A DNA stretch of 62,643 nt, the filler included, from Globobulimina sp. (lineage: Eukaryota), in NCBI GenBank assembly GCA_003354225.1. It is 23 parts of 23 records of this genome, joined end to end, with 100 filler letters (N's around TTAATTAATTAA, not from the genome) between each part and the next. Parts side by side here need not be neighbours in the genome. Positions count along the whole stretch, not along the records: positions 10,917 to 13,545 come from PIVH01005627.1; positions 13,646 to 16,274 come from PIVH01005628.1; positions 16,375 to 19,003 come from PIVH01005629.1; positions 19,104 to 21,731 come from PIVH01005630.1; positions 21,832 to 24,459 come from PIVH01005631.1; 18 more parts are not named here. One strand, written 5' to 3'. The position numbers and the translations under genes were made by a program. Shown one piece after another: positions 11,730 to 23,475 of the stretch. Position 1 is the stretch's first letter, and every line of letters begins with the position of its first letter. The notes under the pieces are model-generated. The model was given only the letters and a program-made list of their open reading frames with translations. It searched no databases and was not told the origin of the DNA.

Positions 11730-13545
11730 TCAGTAATCATATACGTCAGGGTTTGTTAAACACATTGAACAGTCAATCTGTTCAATCTGACGGTCGGTTG
11801 TCTCAATGCCAAGAACATCAATCCACATAAACATAAATTCATGCATCCCAATGTGTTGATTTTGATTTCTATCAAATGGATATTTTGAAGTGTTCATGAT
11901 GTCATGACAATTGGTCAAATCCGGGAAATAAGTCAATATGAGTGGATAATATGGCGTTGTACACCACTTATTGTCATCCACCAACTCCTCCTCCGAAGCA
12001 ACCAAACGAAACAAACTATAAATATATAGACATCCGCTATTTTCTCCAGTACAAACCGTGCAGTCCAAAATCTCTTCATCATCTCCACAAAACTCTGAAT
12101 ATAAACAAAATTTATCACATAACCCGTTATTAAACATATCAATATCACACAAGACAGAATCATAAACAGTTTCCATTTCAGAGTCATTTGCAAATTTATA
12201 AAAATCCATAGAATCAATATATGATTGTTCCGTATAACCGCAATCTTCAACGCAATCCCCGACGTCAAATGAACATTCATCATTATTGCATTCTGCGTTG
12301 CATTCACCATCTCGCCATAATGATATATCGCATATTTCAAAATCACACATCTGATTACAATCACCACCATCATAACGACAAAATATTGAATTACATTCAG
12401 TATCACATACACCATCGCCTTGTAAATATGCTGGGCATGAAAGCCGATAAACGTCATTATTGCAAAAAGTGTCACAAACTCTGAATTTTAAATGTCCAAT
12501 ATGGAATATTTGACGAATGCAACGAAATGGTTTTCAATTTTTCTAATTGTAAAATGTCCCAATTGATATATTTAATGCCATCAAAGTTTAAAAATAGATA
12601 TTGCAAATTGTCAAATGATAGAAAACAATCATTGAGTGCTGAAAATAAAGAAACTTCAATACGTAAAAATTGTAATGTTTTTTGTAAGTCACATAAATAT
12701 GAAATATCCGTATCATTGATATCCATAATTTTTTTTAAATCTAATACTTTCAAATCAGATAACTGTCCAACACCTTGCCACGAAAAAGAAGTTGAATATA
12801 AAACAGTAACTGGCAATGCGAGATATAAAACAGTTGAATATAAAACAGTTTACATACTTGATCATATAAAATTAATTCTGGTTTATCGCTATCATAATTA
12901 TCCAAACTGTATGAACTGCACAATGATTCTGCATAATTATCACAAAAAAAAGCCATTTAGCATAATTATCACAAAAAAGCCGTTTCGGATAATATGAGGA
13001 CATCGTTGTTACCAAATAAAATGTGTTGTATATTATTGCCGCCATAATTAAATAACACTGTAACTTGTATAAATATTTCAAAACATTCAGAACATATTTT
13101 CTTCAAAACCCAGGCTGTGGTATCCATTGACAACGATGCATTGTAAAAATCTTTTAAACACTTGAACCTATTTATTATTTTTTGTTTTTTTGATACATAA
13201 TTTTCGTCGCTAAGTTCACTTGTTTGTACATTTTGTGTTTGTGAGTGTTGTTTGTCACTTTTCTTTTTTTTTGACTCTTTTGTAAAACATCGAATCGCAT
13301 CAAATAATACAACAGCAATATAAATCAATGAAACTAATAAATAAAAAACACAAAATATTAAATTAATGGCATTGGTCTCCAACGAAGAGGAATATGAGGA
13401 AGTTGTGTCGACACTAAATATTTTATAAAAATCAATGATTGCATGGGTCTGATAACAAGACAACTCATCACCAAATTCATCGTTATTTTCCATATTATAC
13501 GCTCGTATTTCGCCTAAACTGTAACTTGTGTTGCACCACAAATCA
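11730..13545 (-). pseudogene. Disrupted TM + leucine-rich repeat + LNR (Lin12/Notch) repeat + EF-hand-like receptor gene
   Basis: TM segments in ORF 12969; LRRs in ORF 12472 (LSDLKVLDL, LQYLFL, LEKLKTISL); LNR DGECNAECNNDECSFDVGDC; EF-like DRNQNQHIGMHEF; frames broken by duplications near 12790-12850 and 12930-12985. Confidence 0.7.
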
Positions 13546-13645
13546 NNNNNNNNNNNNNNNNNNNNNNNNNNNNNNNNNNNNNNNNNNNNTTAATTAATTA
13601 ANNNNNNNNNNNNNNNNNNNNNNNNNNNNNNNNNNNNNNNNNNNN

Positions 13646-13709
13646 TAGCTCAAGTAGAGCACTGGATAGATATATCCAGAAGATTCAGGTTCAAAGCCTG
13701 AGGCAGCCC
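13646..13709 (+). tRNA. tRNA-like element or pseudo-tRNA, 5' acceptor strand cut off by the contig edge
   Basis: D arm GCTC-AAGTA-GAGC; anticodon stem CTGGA/TCCAG with 8-nt loop TAGATATA; T arm TCAGG-TTCAAAG-CCTGA; 3' acceptor strand GGCAGCC. Confidence 0.6.
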
Positions 13710-13715
13710 CAACAA

Positions 13716-13840
13716 ATTATTTGGTATTTATTATGGTATTTATTGGATTATTTATTATGGTATTTATTGGGTTATTTATTATGGTATTATTATATGTATA
13801 TTATGGTATTTATTATGGTATTTATTATGGTATTTATTGG
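13716..13840 (+). repeat. Degenerate 12-bp tandem repeat (TATTATGGTATT)n, probably intronic
   Basis: Directly visible; produces the spurious hydrophobic N-terminus of ORF 13743. Confidence 0.9.
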
Positions 13841-13849
13841 GGATAAATA

Positions 13850-16274
13850 TGACCACAGCGAGGCGACTATCCGCAAGAAGGCGATAATGGTAATCCAGAG
13901 ATTCAATGAGTTGGACAGGGACAGCAGCAACGTCGTGGAAGAGGTCTCAGACAAAGCCAAGGGAATGCTGTGCGACAAAGACCCGTCGGTAATGGGCGCC
14001 TCTTTGCATTTGCTGTTGGATTTGGTGAGCAACAACAGCGAGAATGCGAGCAACGACAAGTTCGACGACTTGGTGTCTTCCTTCGTCTCCATTTTGAAGC
14101 AGATCATCGAGCACCGCCTACCCAAAGACTATGATTACCATCGCATGCCGGCGCCGTGGACTCAGATCAAATTATTGCAAATCTTGGCCATTTTGGGCAC
14201 GGCGAACCGCGCCGCCTCGGAGGGAATGTACGAGGTCTTGCACGAAGTGATGCGGCGCGCCGATATTGGCATTAACGTCGGCTATGCCATCATTTATGAA
14301 TGCGTCCGGACGGTGACCACCATTTATCCCAACACGCAGTTATTGGCAGAAGCGGCCAAATGTACTTCGCGTTTCATAACGTCGGAGAACCACAACCTCA
14401 AATATCTGGGCATCAACGCCTTGGCCAGCATCGTGCAGATCAATCCGTCGGCGGCCAACGAGCACCAAATGATTGTCATCGACTGCTTGCAAGACAAGGA
14501 CGAGACGCTTCGCCGCAAAACCTTGGATTTGTTGTACAAAATGACCAACGAAAACAATGTGAACGTGATCTGCAACAAATTGATCATCTCACTGCGCGAC
14601 TCTATGGACGTCTATTTACGCACGCAATTAATCGAAAAAATCACTTTTTTGGCCGAGAAGTTCGCGCCGGACACCATCTGGTTCATCGATACCATGTCTC
14701 AGGTCTTCGAGTTGGGCGCCGATTTGGTGAAAACGCAAATTGCCCACAATTTCGTCAAGATTTTGGCCGAAGGCATTGTGGAGAATCAGGAGGACGAAGA
14801 GAGTGAGGAAGATATTGGCAACTATGCGGCCGACTTTTTTTACGAGATTCTGAGCCAGAATTTGAAGAAGAAAAGGAAGAAAATCCCAAATGTGCTGATG
14901 CGGATTGTCTGTTATGTGTTGGGTGAATATGGCCAGTTTTGTACGGGCAAATCGGTGGACGTCAACGAGGAGGACGACGAGGACGAGGACGACGACGAAC
15001 TGACCGCGCTGTCACCGATGCAAATCATCAGCACTCTGTGGAGTGTCATCGAGAAACAGGGCCAGGACTTATCGACGCGGCAATGGGCAATGAGCGCCAC
15101 TCAGAAATTGGTGCGCCATTTGCACCAAATCCCGCTCGACATTCAGTACATTGTCGCAAAATACAAAACCTCGACACATTCGGATTTGGTGCAGCTAAGC
15201 CACGAATTGACCGAATTGTGCCAAGAACGCGAATTAATGAATTATGTATTTACAGAGTCGTCCATCGTGGACGAAATCAAAGTTGACTCCGAGCTGAAAT
15301 TTCTGGATAATTTCGTATCTCTGCAAATCAAACAAGGCAAACGAAGCTATTCTCCGCCGGACGACTACGACGATTCCGATGACGACGTCCACGGCAAACA
15401 TCAGCAACAATCTTCCCTCATATTTGAGACTCGAACGCGAATCGAAGATCTTCAGTCCACTTTGCAGGTATTTTTTATTTTCCATTTGACCACTTTCTAC
15501 TATATAATACTGTATATTTTGCCAGGTAAAACAAGTGGACAATGCCGTGGCAAATGATGCCTATTCGGGCGGCGGTGGAGGCGGTGATAATTATGGCAAT
15601 GATGTGGAGGCAGAGCAGGAAGAAGCCGCTGATTATGGCATTCGTGTGAATCGAGCCGGCGGCGGTGGGCCCAAACCAGTGTGGGGTGACCATGTCGGCC
15701 GAGATGAAGAAGTGGAGGACGATGATATTGATGGCGGCGATGAGATAATGTCGCGGCGACAATCCAAATACGACGAACAAGTGATCACTGTCATCGATCC
15801 ATTGGCAAATCGAGGCAATGCCAGCAAGCCAGATATTTCTGTCCCGGTCAAAGCATCCAAACGGAAGCCACAGCGGCCAGAGGATAATTTCCTTATTGCT
15901 TTGTCGCGGTCGGCTGGAAAAAGCAAAGTGCCCACAAGAAAAGTTCGCAAAAAAAAGGGATTTAAAAGTGCAAAATCTGCAAAAACGTACAAACCGGCGA
16001 TAAAAAAGAAGGTAAAAGTGGCGAAAGAATCTGATATGTTTATGGCTGAGGAAAAGGAGGAAATGACACAAACACCGATCAAAAAACAGGTTGCACCGCA
16101 GGATGATTTATTAAATTTTATGAACGATGCACCGCCGGGTATGTACACAGTGCATATTTCGCTGATTTTAATGTTTCCAGATAACATTTTCCCGGTTTTC
16201 ATGCATATACAGTTCAACCAAAGAAAGCCGCTCCGCCTCAGGAAGATTTGCTGGATGATTTATTATTTGGTGGA
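13850..16274 (+). CDS. AP4E1: AP-4 complex subunit epsilon (internal fragment); introns 15468-15525 and 16139-16212
   Basis: LVSSFVSILKQIIEHRLPKDYDYHRMPAPWTQIKLL, NVGYAIIYECVRT, NHNLKYLGI, LRRKTLDLLYKMT; introns restore frame into a hinge with DLL motifs. Confidence 0.93.
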
Positions 16275-16374
16275 NNNNNNNNNNNNNNNNNNNNNNNNNN
16301 NNNNNNNNNNNNNNNNNNTTAATTAATTAANNNNNNNNNNNNNNNNNNNNNNNNNNNNNNNNNNNNNNNNNNNN

Positions 16375-16795
16375 ACATAAAAAATTGAAAGAGGCGGAAA
16401 GACGGAGAATTGAAACAGAACAAAAATTAGAAACAGAAGAAAGAGAACGAAGGAAAATAGAAACAGAGAAAGAAGCAATGCAACAAAAATTAAATCAATT
16501 TGAGAGAGAAGAAAAAGAAGAGGAGAAAACTGAGATTATTTTGGAGAATTTACTGAAAAGTTGGAAATTAGGACAATATATAAATATCTTAATAAGAGAA
16601 CAAGGCTATGATGATATTGATGATTGGAATGATTTGACTCTTTTAGAATTACAAAGTATGGGCTTTAAACCTGGCCATTCCAAGAAATTTAAACGAAAAA
16701 CTAATGAATATTTTATGCAAAAAAGAAATCGTAATATTCCCTCTTCGAATGATGATGAAAGTGTTGAAGGCCATGATGCTACTTTGTATATATAA
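16375..16795 (+). CDS. 3' fragment: coiled coil followed by C-terminal SAM domain
   Basis: E/R/K-rich repeats, then LLKSWKLGQYINILIREQGYDDIDDWNDLTLLELQSMGFKPGHSKKF. Confidence 0.8.
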
Positions 16796-17085
16796 TATTA
16801 ATGTAATACATTTTTTTAAATTACAATCACAACGTACAGCCTTTTAATTGTCGGATTTATTCACTGGCATTGGACAAAAAAGCAATCTAGCTACAAATCT
16901 TCTTGCTCGTACGTCGCGTTGGAACGAAACCAAACGAAGTTTAATAAGCCAAAAAAGTCAAATTAAGTTAAATACAATTCTCTGACATTTGTAATATTTA
17001 ACATTTTGATGATTGCAAATATGTTTCCATTTAAAAATTGCCCAACATATATATATAAATTATATCGACTTTAAAACTTTTACAA

Positions 17086-19003
17086 TTATTCAAAATCCTG
17101 CGTAACAGCAGCAAATTTTGCTTGTTTCTTCCTTTTTTCGTCTCGTTGATTTTTTTGTTTCTCTCTCTCATCTTCAATTTTCTGATGTTGCATTTGCTTA
17201 ATATTCTGATTATATTTCCTTTTGGCAGATATCGAATGCTGTTTAAATTTACTTTTCGTAGACACGACATTAACATTATTCTCCTCATCAATCATCCCAT
17301 AATTCGCAGTATAATCCGCATACTCCTCTTCATCCTCATCCTCATTCTCATAACTCTGCAAATGCTGCAATGTCACAGCTTTTATCTTATCCGCAGCTTC
17401 CACGTCTTTCTTCTGGTTCAATTTCATAGTCGCAATGATTTGTTTTGGTATTTTTATAACTCCAATCTTCAACTTACTCGAAGTCGCGCCTTTTTTAGAC
17501 AACAACGTATACGAAACATCGCCATATTCATCCTCCTCTGACCCCGTACTATCACTCAATTTGCTCCCTTTGCCGCTTTTATTCAAATCCAAATCGCCAA
17601 CTAACACACTCGCATGCTTCAAATTGGATATATTGCTTTTCTTCGCATTGCCGCTCCGATATTGTTCCATCATCGCATCATATTCATCAATGAATAATTT
17701 ATCATGTTTCGTTATCTTTATCCATGCAAACCACACAAATAAAGGCAAAAACAACACAAACAAACAGCAAATACCTTTTTTTTGCGATGGTAACTATTCA
17801 CATCAGCCGTATCGTCCTCACTCGACGACACAAACTCTTCCTCCTCCTCCAGCTCCGCCTCTTCCTCATACTCCTCCTCATATTCATCCTCATCCTCGTC
17901 CAGCACCAACAGCGCGTCCTTATGCTTCATAGTCACCGCATTCGTCTCCAACTTCTTGATTTTCTCCAATATCTTCTCCAAACTAAAATATCTCTCCATA
18001 TTCGGCGCTATGAACGTAAAAACGTCATTGACCCACCACTCGATATCGAATGGGATCACGCCCTCTCGGTTCAATATAAACCGCTGAAAGTACAATAAAA
18101 AGCGGTCGCAGCGTGCCTTCAGTTTGCCTTTTCGCAGATATTTGCCGCAGACTTCCAATAACATGCAACTTAATGAAATACGAAAGTTGCACACTCCGTC
18201 ATCGTTGCCTGCTTCGTTCATATTGCATTCGTACGTTATGAACAGATACAAAGTGTCAAATATCACCTGCGAATTGACTGCTTTGTACGTGTACAATTCG
18301 CCTAAGAATTTGACATAAGACAAGCGGCGCTGTTCTTGCGTGAAATCCTCCTCTTCCAAACCAATGCGGATCTCTTCGCAGACATTGTCCACAATGGAAG
18401 TGCTGATCGAATGATAGCAGTTTAAGCCGGCAATAATGGCCGCGATGCAATCGATTTTATCAAAGTTGACGATGGAGATATTGAACAATTTACTGACTAT
18501 GAACTCGGCATATTCCTTCCACGGCAATTTGCGCAATTTTTTGAGGATTTTTTGTTTGTTGTGGTGGTTCAATTTGAAGTATAATAAATGTTCCATATAT
18601 TTCTGTAAATCGTTTAAGTTTTCAAACTGTAAACACGCGGACTTTTCGGGCGGTTTACACGCGAATATTGCATTATTAATGTGTTGGTTGAGGAACTTAT
18701 CTAAATTGGTCCGAGCTTGCCGTTGTTTTAAATATTTCAAGATTTTATTCAATCGGATGTGAGTCAATGGGTTTTTGTACAAAAAACGGCCACATTGAAA
18801 CATGAAAAATGACAATAATTCAATGCATTCATTGTTAAATTTCTTGCTCAGCTTTTCCAAGATATTGAAGACCGAACGGAATGGGAAGATTGAAAATTTA
18901 GCCAATTCTGCAATGTAGGATAAATTGGCCATTTTCGCGTCCATTAAATACGATTTTTTGCTCAAAAATAAGCGATAAAACTCCTTTTCAATACTTAGAC
19001 AGA
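17086..19003 (-). CDS. UPF2: Nonsense-mediated decay factor UPF2, C-terminal part (MIF4G-2/3, acidic region); intron 17716-17774
   Basis: YIAELAKFSIF, CGRFLYKNP, LKKLRKLPW, EEIRIGLE..QEQRRLSYVKFLGELYTY, FLLYFQRFI; phase-0 intron joins ORFs 17718 and 17086. Confidence 0.92.
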
Positions 19004-19622
19004 NNNNNNNNNNNNNNNNNNNNNNNNNNNNNNNNNNNNNNNNNNNNTTAATTAATTAANNNNNNNNNNNNNNNNNNNNNNNNNNNNNNNNNNNNNNNNN
19101 NNNAATTTTTTTTGTTCCTTTCGCTTTTTTCGCGTTGATTTGGTGGCCGAAATCTGCAGGCGACACGAACACTGTCCTGTTGGCGTTATAATTGTGTCTG
19201 AGAATGGCAAATTGTATATACAATACAACTTACATAGCCTGCCATGTTTCTAACTTGACTCAAGTTAAGTAAGCTATATTTATATTTGATTTTCGAAATT
19301 AAAATTAATACAAAAAATGTTATTAAAATTAATGGATGTTATTATATAAAATTAATACAAACTTGACACGCTATTAAAAACATAAAAAAAACAATGAGTC
19401 TTTCTATCATAATAAATGTAATGCTAAAAAGACATTGTTGACAAATGACACAAATATTTATTGTAAAATAGACACAAATATTGATTAACAATGTATAATA
19501 CTCACAAATACGGGAATCCGTCCACCATTTCAAAAAAAAGTAATATGTCCGATACTTAAAATAAATATGTCCGGAGATAGTGAATTCATGTGAACAATTC
19601 CCATATTTAAGGTGGATTTAAT

Positions 19623-21731
19623 CTACATAATAGAGGAAGTTTCAACAGTATTCGGTGGATCTTTTTTCACCACCACTATATCCACGCCCTTTTTAACTTC
19701 AATAATTTGCTTTGCAGCATCTTCTTCATTTCCATCATGATCCGGACGAAGGCAAATATAACCAGCTGCAATACACATTACTCCTAAAACAGTAATTAAA
19801 ACGCCAAGCAATGCATATTTGACATATGGATCCAAATCACGAAAGGTTTTAAACGCACCATTTGCTGCATATGCATTCTCTGACGATGATGCTGAATCTA
19901 ACGCATATGGTTTAAGCGCACTCTTGTCATTAAATAACGCATTCTCTGCTGATGAATCTAAAGTGGTTGCAATCAAATCACACAATGCACCATCACCGGA
20001 CGTCCATGAACTCACAATTAAATCTGGACATTTTGGTACTATTTGGCCAATTACATCAGCATCACATCTTTTAATTACACCAATGCACAATGTATTACCC
20101 GCTGTATCCTGCACCAAAACCCCTGTTTTCTTTCGAAATGTGCCATATTCTCCAGCTGCAAGTTCTGCTGTCACTGTTATAGTATCTCCACTCGACGCCG
20201 CAAATGCATTGCCATTGTTGTATGTGGCACCTCCCAGTTTGCCTTTTTTCTTATAATTTCTACGAAATGTAACCGACGCATCTTGAGTTCCAGTGTACTG
20301 CACAGCAATTTGCACCATACCATCCTCGCAATCACAACTTCTATAAATAGTATCCTCAACTATGTTATTTGGACAATCAGCATCAAAAAAGAAGTTAAAA
20401 CATGGCAATCCATCCACACTGCACCTTTGTTCACCAGATGATGTGTTATAAATTACCACACCATCTGCGGTATCAATGGTGGTAATATTAAATGTATCGA
20501 TATTCTCCGCACTCACACTAACATTTCCGAAACAAATCTCAAACCCATTTGCGTAGTTACTATAATTGTGTGACACTATCAGTATACAAATATGCTAAAA
20601 AGTATACAAATATAATATACCTCAATTCAACACAAACTCCCAATTCATTGTCCACCTCACAGCCTTCCGCTCGCAACACATTGGTCCCCTCTTCGAAGGT
20701 AGCGTCGGTTATTACGCCCGAAATGTCCGAAACATTGAGATTCGAAGTATTAAAATCTGTGAAACTGTTCTCACATAAAGGCAAAAATATAATTACTTTA
20801 CTTTCGATGCAATCTTCGTCTCTTTCGAGGCTCGTTATTTCGTACCCGACACATGTCTCAATTAAAAAATCATTGTAAGCGTCAGCATTGCTCAATGTAT
20901 AATATTTCCGGCCATATTCAATACCACTGTCTGATGACGCAGCGGCAGAATCTGACTGTGTCTCATACCATAGATCTTGTTTCGAGTCAAGAGAGAGTCC
21001 GCATCGATCTTTAAACCATTCGGAGTATGAATAATATCCATCGCCAGAATCATCAGAGGCAAAACATCTGTCACTCCCCAATAATGATCGACGTCTATCA
21101 CCTGAATCTGAGCCACATTCTAAAGAAATACATTGGTCGCCACAGCAACATACGCCAGTTCCGCAATAACCAAAAGTGTTTCCTTCATAACACGCTTGAT
21201 TTGATGCGTCTGCACACGATTCATAACAACCACATTGTAAACCACGTTGTAAGCCCCATTGATAACAATTTGGTACACATTTCTTATTTGTATACCATGA
21301 CTGAGGTACAACATCACCATCCCACGAATCTGAACCTGAACCAGATGTTAAATATCTTCTCCTTCTGCTACCTGAACTACCTGAACTATCTTCACTTGCT
21401 GCACTGGCCTCATTTGCTTCATTTGCCTCACTGGCTTCACTGCCTTCACTGCCTCCACTTGCTTCATTTGCTTCACTTTCTTCAACTGGGCACGGAGCAA
21501 TAGAGATGTTGCCAATACTCTCTAACGTAATATTAAATGAACATTCATCACAATCATCAGTTGTGGGTGTTGCAGTCGTTGGAGTTCCAGTCGTTGGTGA
21601 TGCAGTGGTTGGAGTTCCTGTCGTTGGTGCTGCAGTCGTTGGTGATGCAGTGGTTGGAGTTCCAGTCGTTGGTGATGCAGTGGTTGGAGTTCCAGTCGTT
21701 GGTGATGCAGTGGTTGGAGTTCCTGTCGTTG
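19623..21731 (-). CDS. Type I surface protein with Pro/Thr repeats, Cys-rich domains and C-terminal TM; 5'-truncated; intron 20560-20620
   Basis: Minus frame open from the contig end through (PTTASPTTGT)n, an EAS-rich linker and Cys-rich blocks into ORF 20560; intron joins ORF 19623; TM YALLGVLITVLGVMCIAAGYICL. Confidence 0.8.
21557..21731 (-). repeat. Coding 15/30-bp tandem repeat (PTTAS/PTTGT)
   Basis: Repeated GTTGGTGATGCAGTGGTTGGAGTTCCAGTC. Confidence 0.95.
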
Positions 21732-21912
21732 NNNNNNNNNNNNNNNNNNNNNNNNNNNNNNNNNNNNNNNNNNNNTTAATTAATTAANNNNNNNNNNNNN
21801 NNNNNNNNNNNNNNNNNNNNNNNNNNNNNNNTAATGGCGGATAAATGCGAGAGATTGAACATGAATGATGTGACAAAAAATAGCAGCGCAGAGCGGGAGC
21901 TCCGGATATTTA

Positions 21913-23217
21913 ATGATATCGATGATAATAAACACGCCGCACTCAGTGGATACGGCTACGCCGGAAAGCTCCGTATCGGTGGTGTCTGTAAACAGCCCCT
22001 CTCCGGATATCAATAATTATGCGAGCGAGGTGCAAAAAACGATCATCATTGACAATGGTTCGGAGACTATTAAAATTGGCTATGGTTCGAGCGAGATGTC
22101 AGAGTCACACAAACCGTCCAAGAAATTCCATTCGATCATCGGCAGTCCCAAACATAGCTCGTTCAGTACGTACGCCATGAACGAGAAGGATATCTTTATC
22201 GGCGATGAAGCGTACAACAAATCGAGCATATTGAACATAAAAAATGTAATCTCCAGAGGGCAGGTAACGGACTGGGACGCGATGGAAAAACTGTGGGACT
22301 ATACATTCTTTAACAAATTGGGTATCAACAGGAATATGTCCAATATTAACATATTATTGACCGAAGGCGTAGGCGAACACGAAAAGAGTGAGCGGGAGAA
22401 AGCGGTGCAAACAATGTTTGAGAATTATTCGATAAATTCAATGTTTTTGCTGAATGAAGGAGTGTTGTCGTTGTACGGCGTGGGGAAAATCACAGGAACG
22501 GTGTTGGGCATTGGCTATGGCGTAACTTATACATCGTCGATATTCGAAGGAATGTGTTTGCCCGGTTCTGTAATACGGATAAATTCCTCTGGCTATGACA
22601 TAACAAAGTATTTACAGCAGATACTGTCAGATAAATATTCGCAAATATTGAGGAACAGCAAACACTCGATTTTTAAAGATATGAAGCAGAAATATTGCTT
22701 TGTGGCGGATAATTTTCACGAATCGTTGAAATTGAATGCAAATTCGTATAAAAAATATAAGTTACCCGATGGGCAAAGTATACGTATTGGAAATGAAAGG
22801 TTTCGAGCCACGGAGCAGTTATTTGGCGGCTTTATTAATTTGAATAATGAAGAAATGTCGAGAGGGACGAAAAAGTTGTTTAATAAACATGCAGCGTTTG
22901 ATAAATCGGGCGTGCATCATATGGTTAATACGTGTATTAATTTGGTGTCTGATAAGGATTTGAGACGAGAGTTATATTCAAATATTGTGTTAAGCGGTGG
23001 TTCGACGCTGTTTAAAGGATTAACGAATAGATTACAAAATGAAATGGTTAAATTAACAAATGTTCCGATTAATATTATTGCCAATGAGAAACGAAAATAT
23101 TTGGCGTGGATTGGTGGTTCAATTGTTAGTTCGTTGTCAAATTATATGGATAATTTTATTCAAAAAAGTGAATATGAAGAGCAAGGACCGAGAATTGTTC
23201 ATATAAAATGTCCTTAA
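21913..23217 (+). CDS. Divergent actin / actin-related protein with Ser-rich N-terminal extension
   Basis: IIIDNGSETIKIG, FIGDEA, VTDWDAMEKLW, YKLPDGQSIRIGNERFRATE, LYSNIVLSGGSTLF, WIGGSIVSSL, EYEEQGPRIVHIKCP. Confidence 0.93.
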   Translation: MISMIINTPHSVDTATPESSVSVVSVNSPSPDINNYASEVQKTIIIDNGSETIKIGYGSSEMSESHKPSKKFHSIIGSPKHSSFSTYAMNEKDIFIGDEAYNKSSILNIKNVISRGQVTDWDAMEKLWDYTFFNKLGINRNMSNINILLTEGVGEHEKSEREKAVQTMFENYSINSMFLLNEGVLSLYGVGKITGTVLGIGYGVTYTSSIFEGMCLPGSVIRINSSGYDITKYLQQILSDKYSQILRNSKHSIFKDMKQKYCFVADNFHESLKLNANSYKKYKLPDGQSIRIGNERFRATEQLFGGFINLNNEEMSRGTKKLFNKHAAFDKSGVHHMVNTCINLVSDKDLRRELYSNIVLSGGSTLFKGLTNRLQNEMVKLTNVPINIIANEKRKYLAWIGGSIVSSLSNYMDNFIQKSEYEEQGPRIVHIKCP

Positions 23218-23475
23218 ATTATTATATTTGTTCATCCTTTTTTTTATTTTAGTATTTTTTCTTTTTTATGTTCTGTATAATTTTAATTATTGTTGTACGT
23301 ATTTTGTGGATTTGGTGTGCGTTGATAAATAAATCGACCCAACAAAACTCAAAAAAGTGAATATTGTTATTTGAGTTTAATATTTCACCCTTTTTTCGAA
23401 AAACTGTTTTGTACATTAAAATTGAAAGTGAAATCAACTTTGCGTCATCTTATATATATGACATACAAAAGCAAT

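Noticed and set aside
13743-13840. Hydrophobic N-terminus on AP-4 epsilon
   Set aside because: It is the translation of a simple tandem repeat upstream of the conserved exon
21506-21787. Val/Gly-rich plus-strand ORFs (also 47739-47951 and the ORFs over 35060-35423)
   Set aside because: They are antisense shadows of Pro/Thr repeats or translations of non-coding repeats
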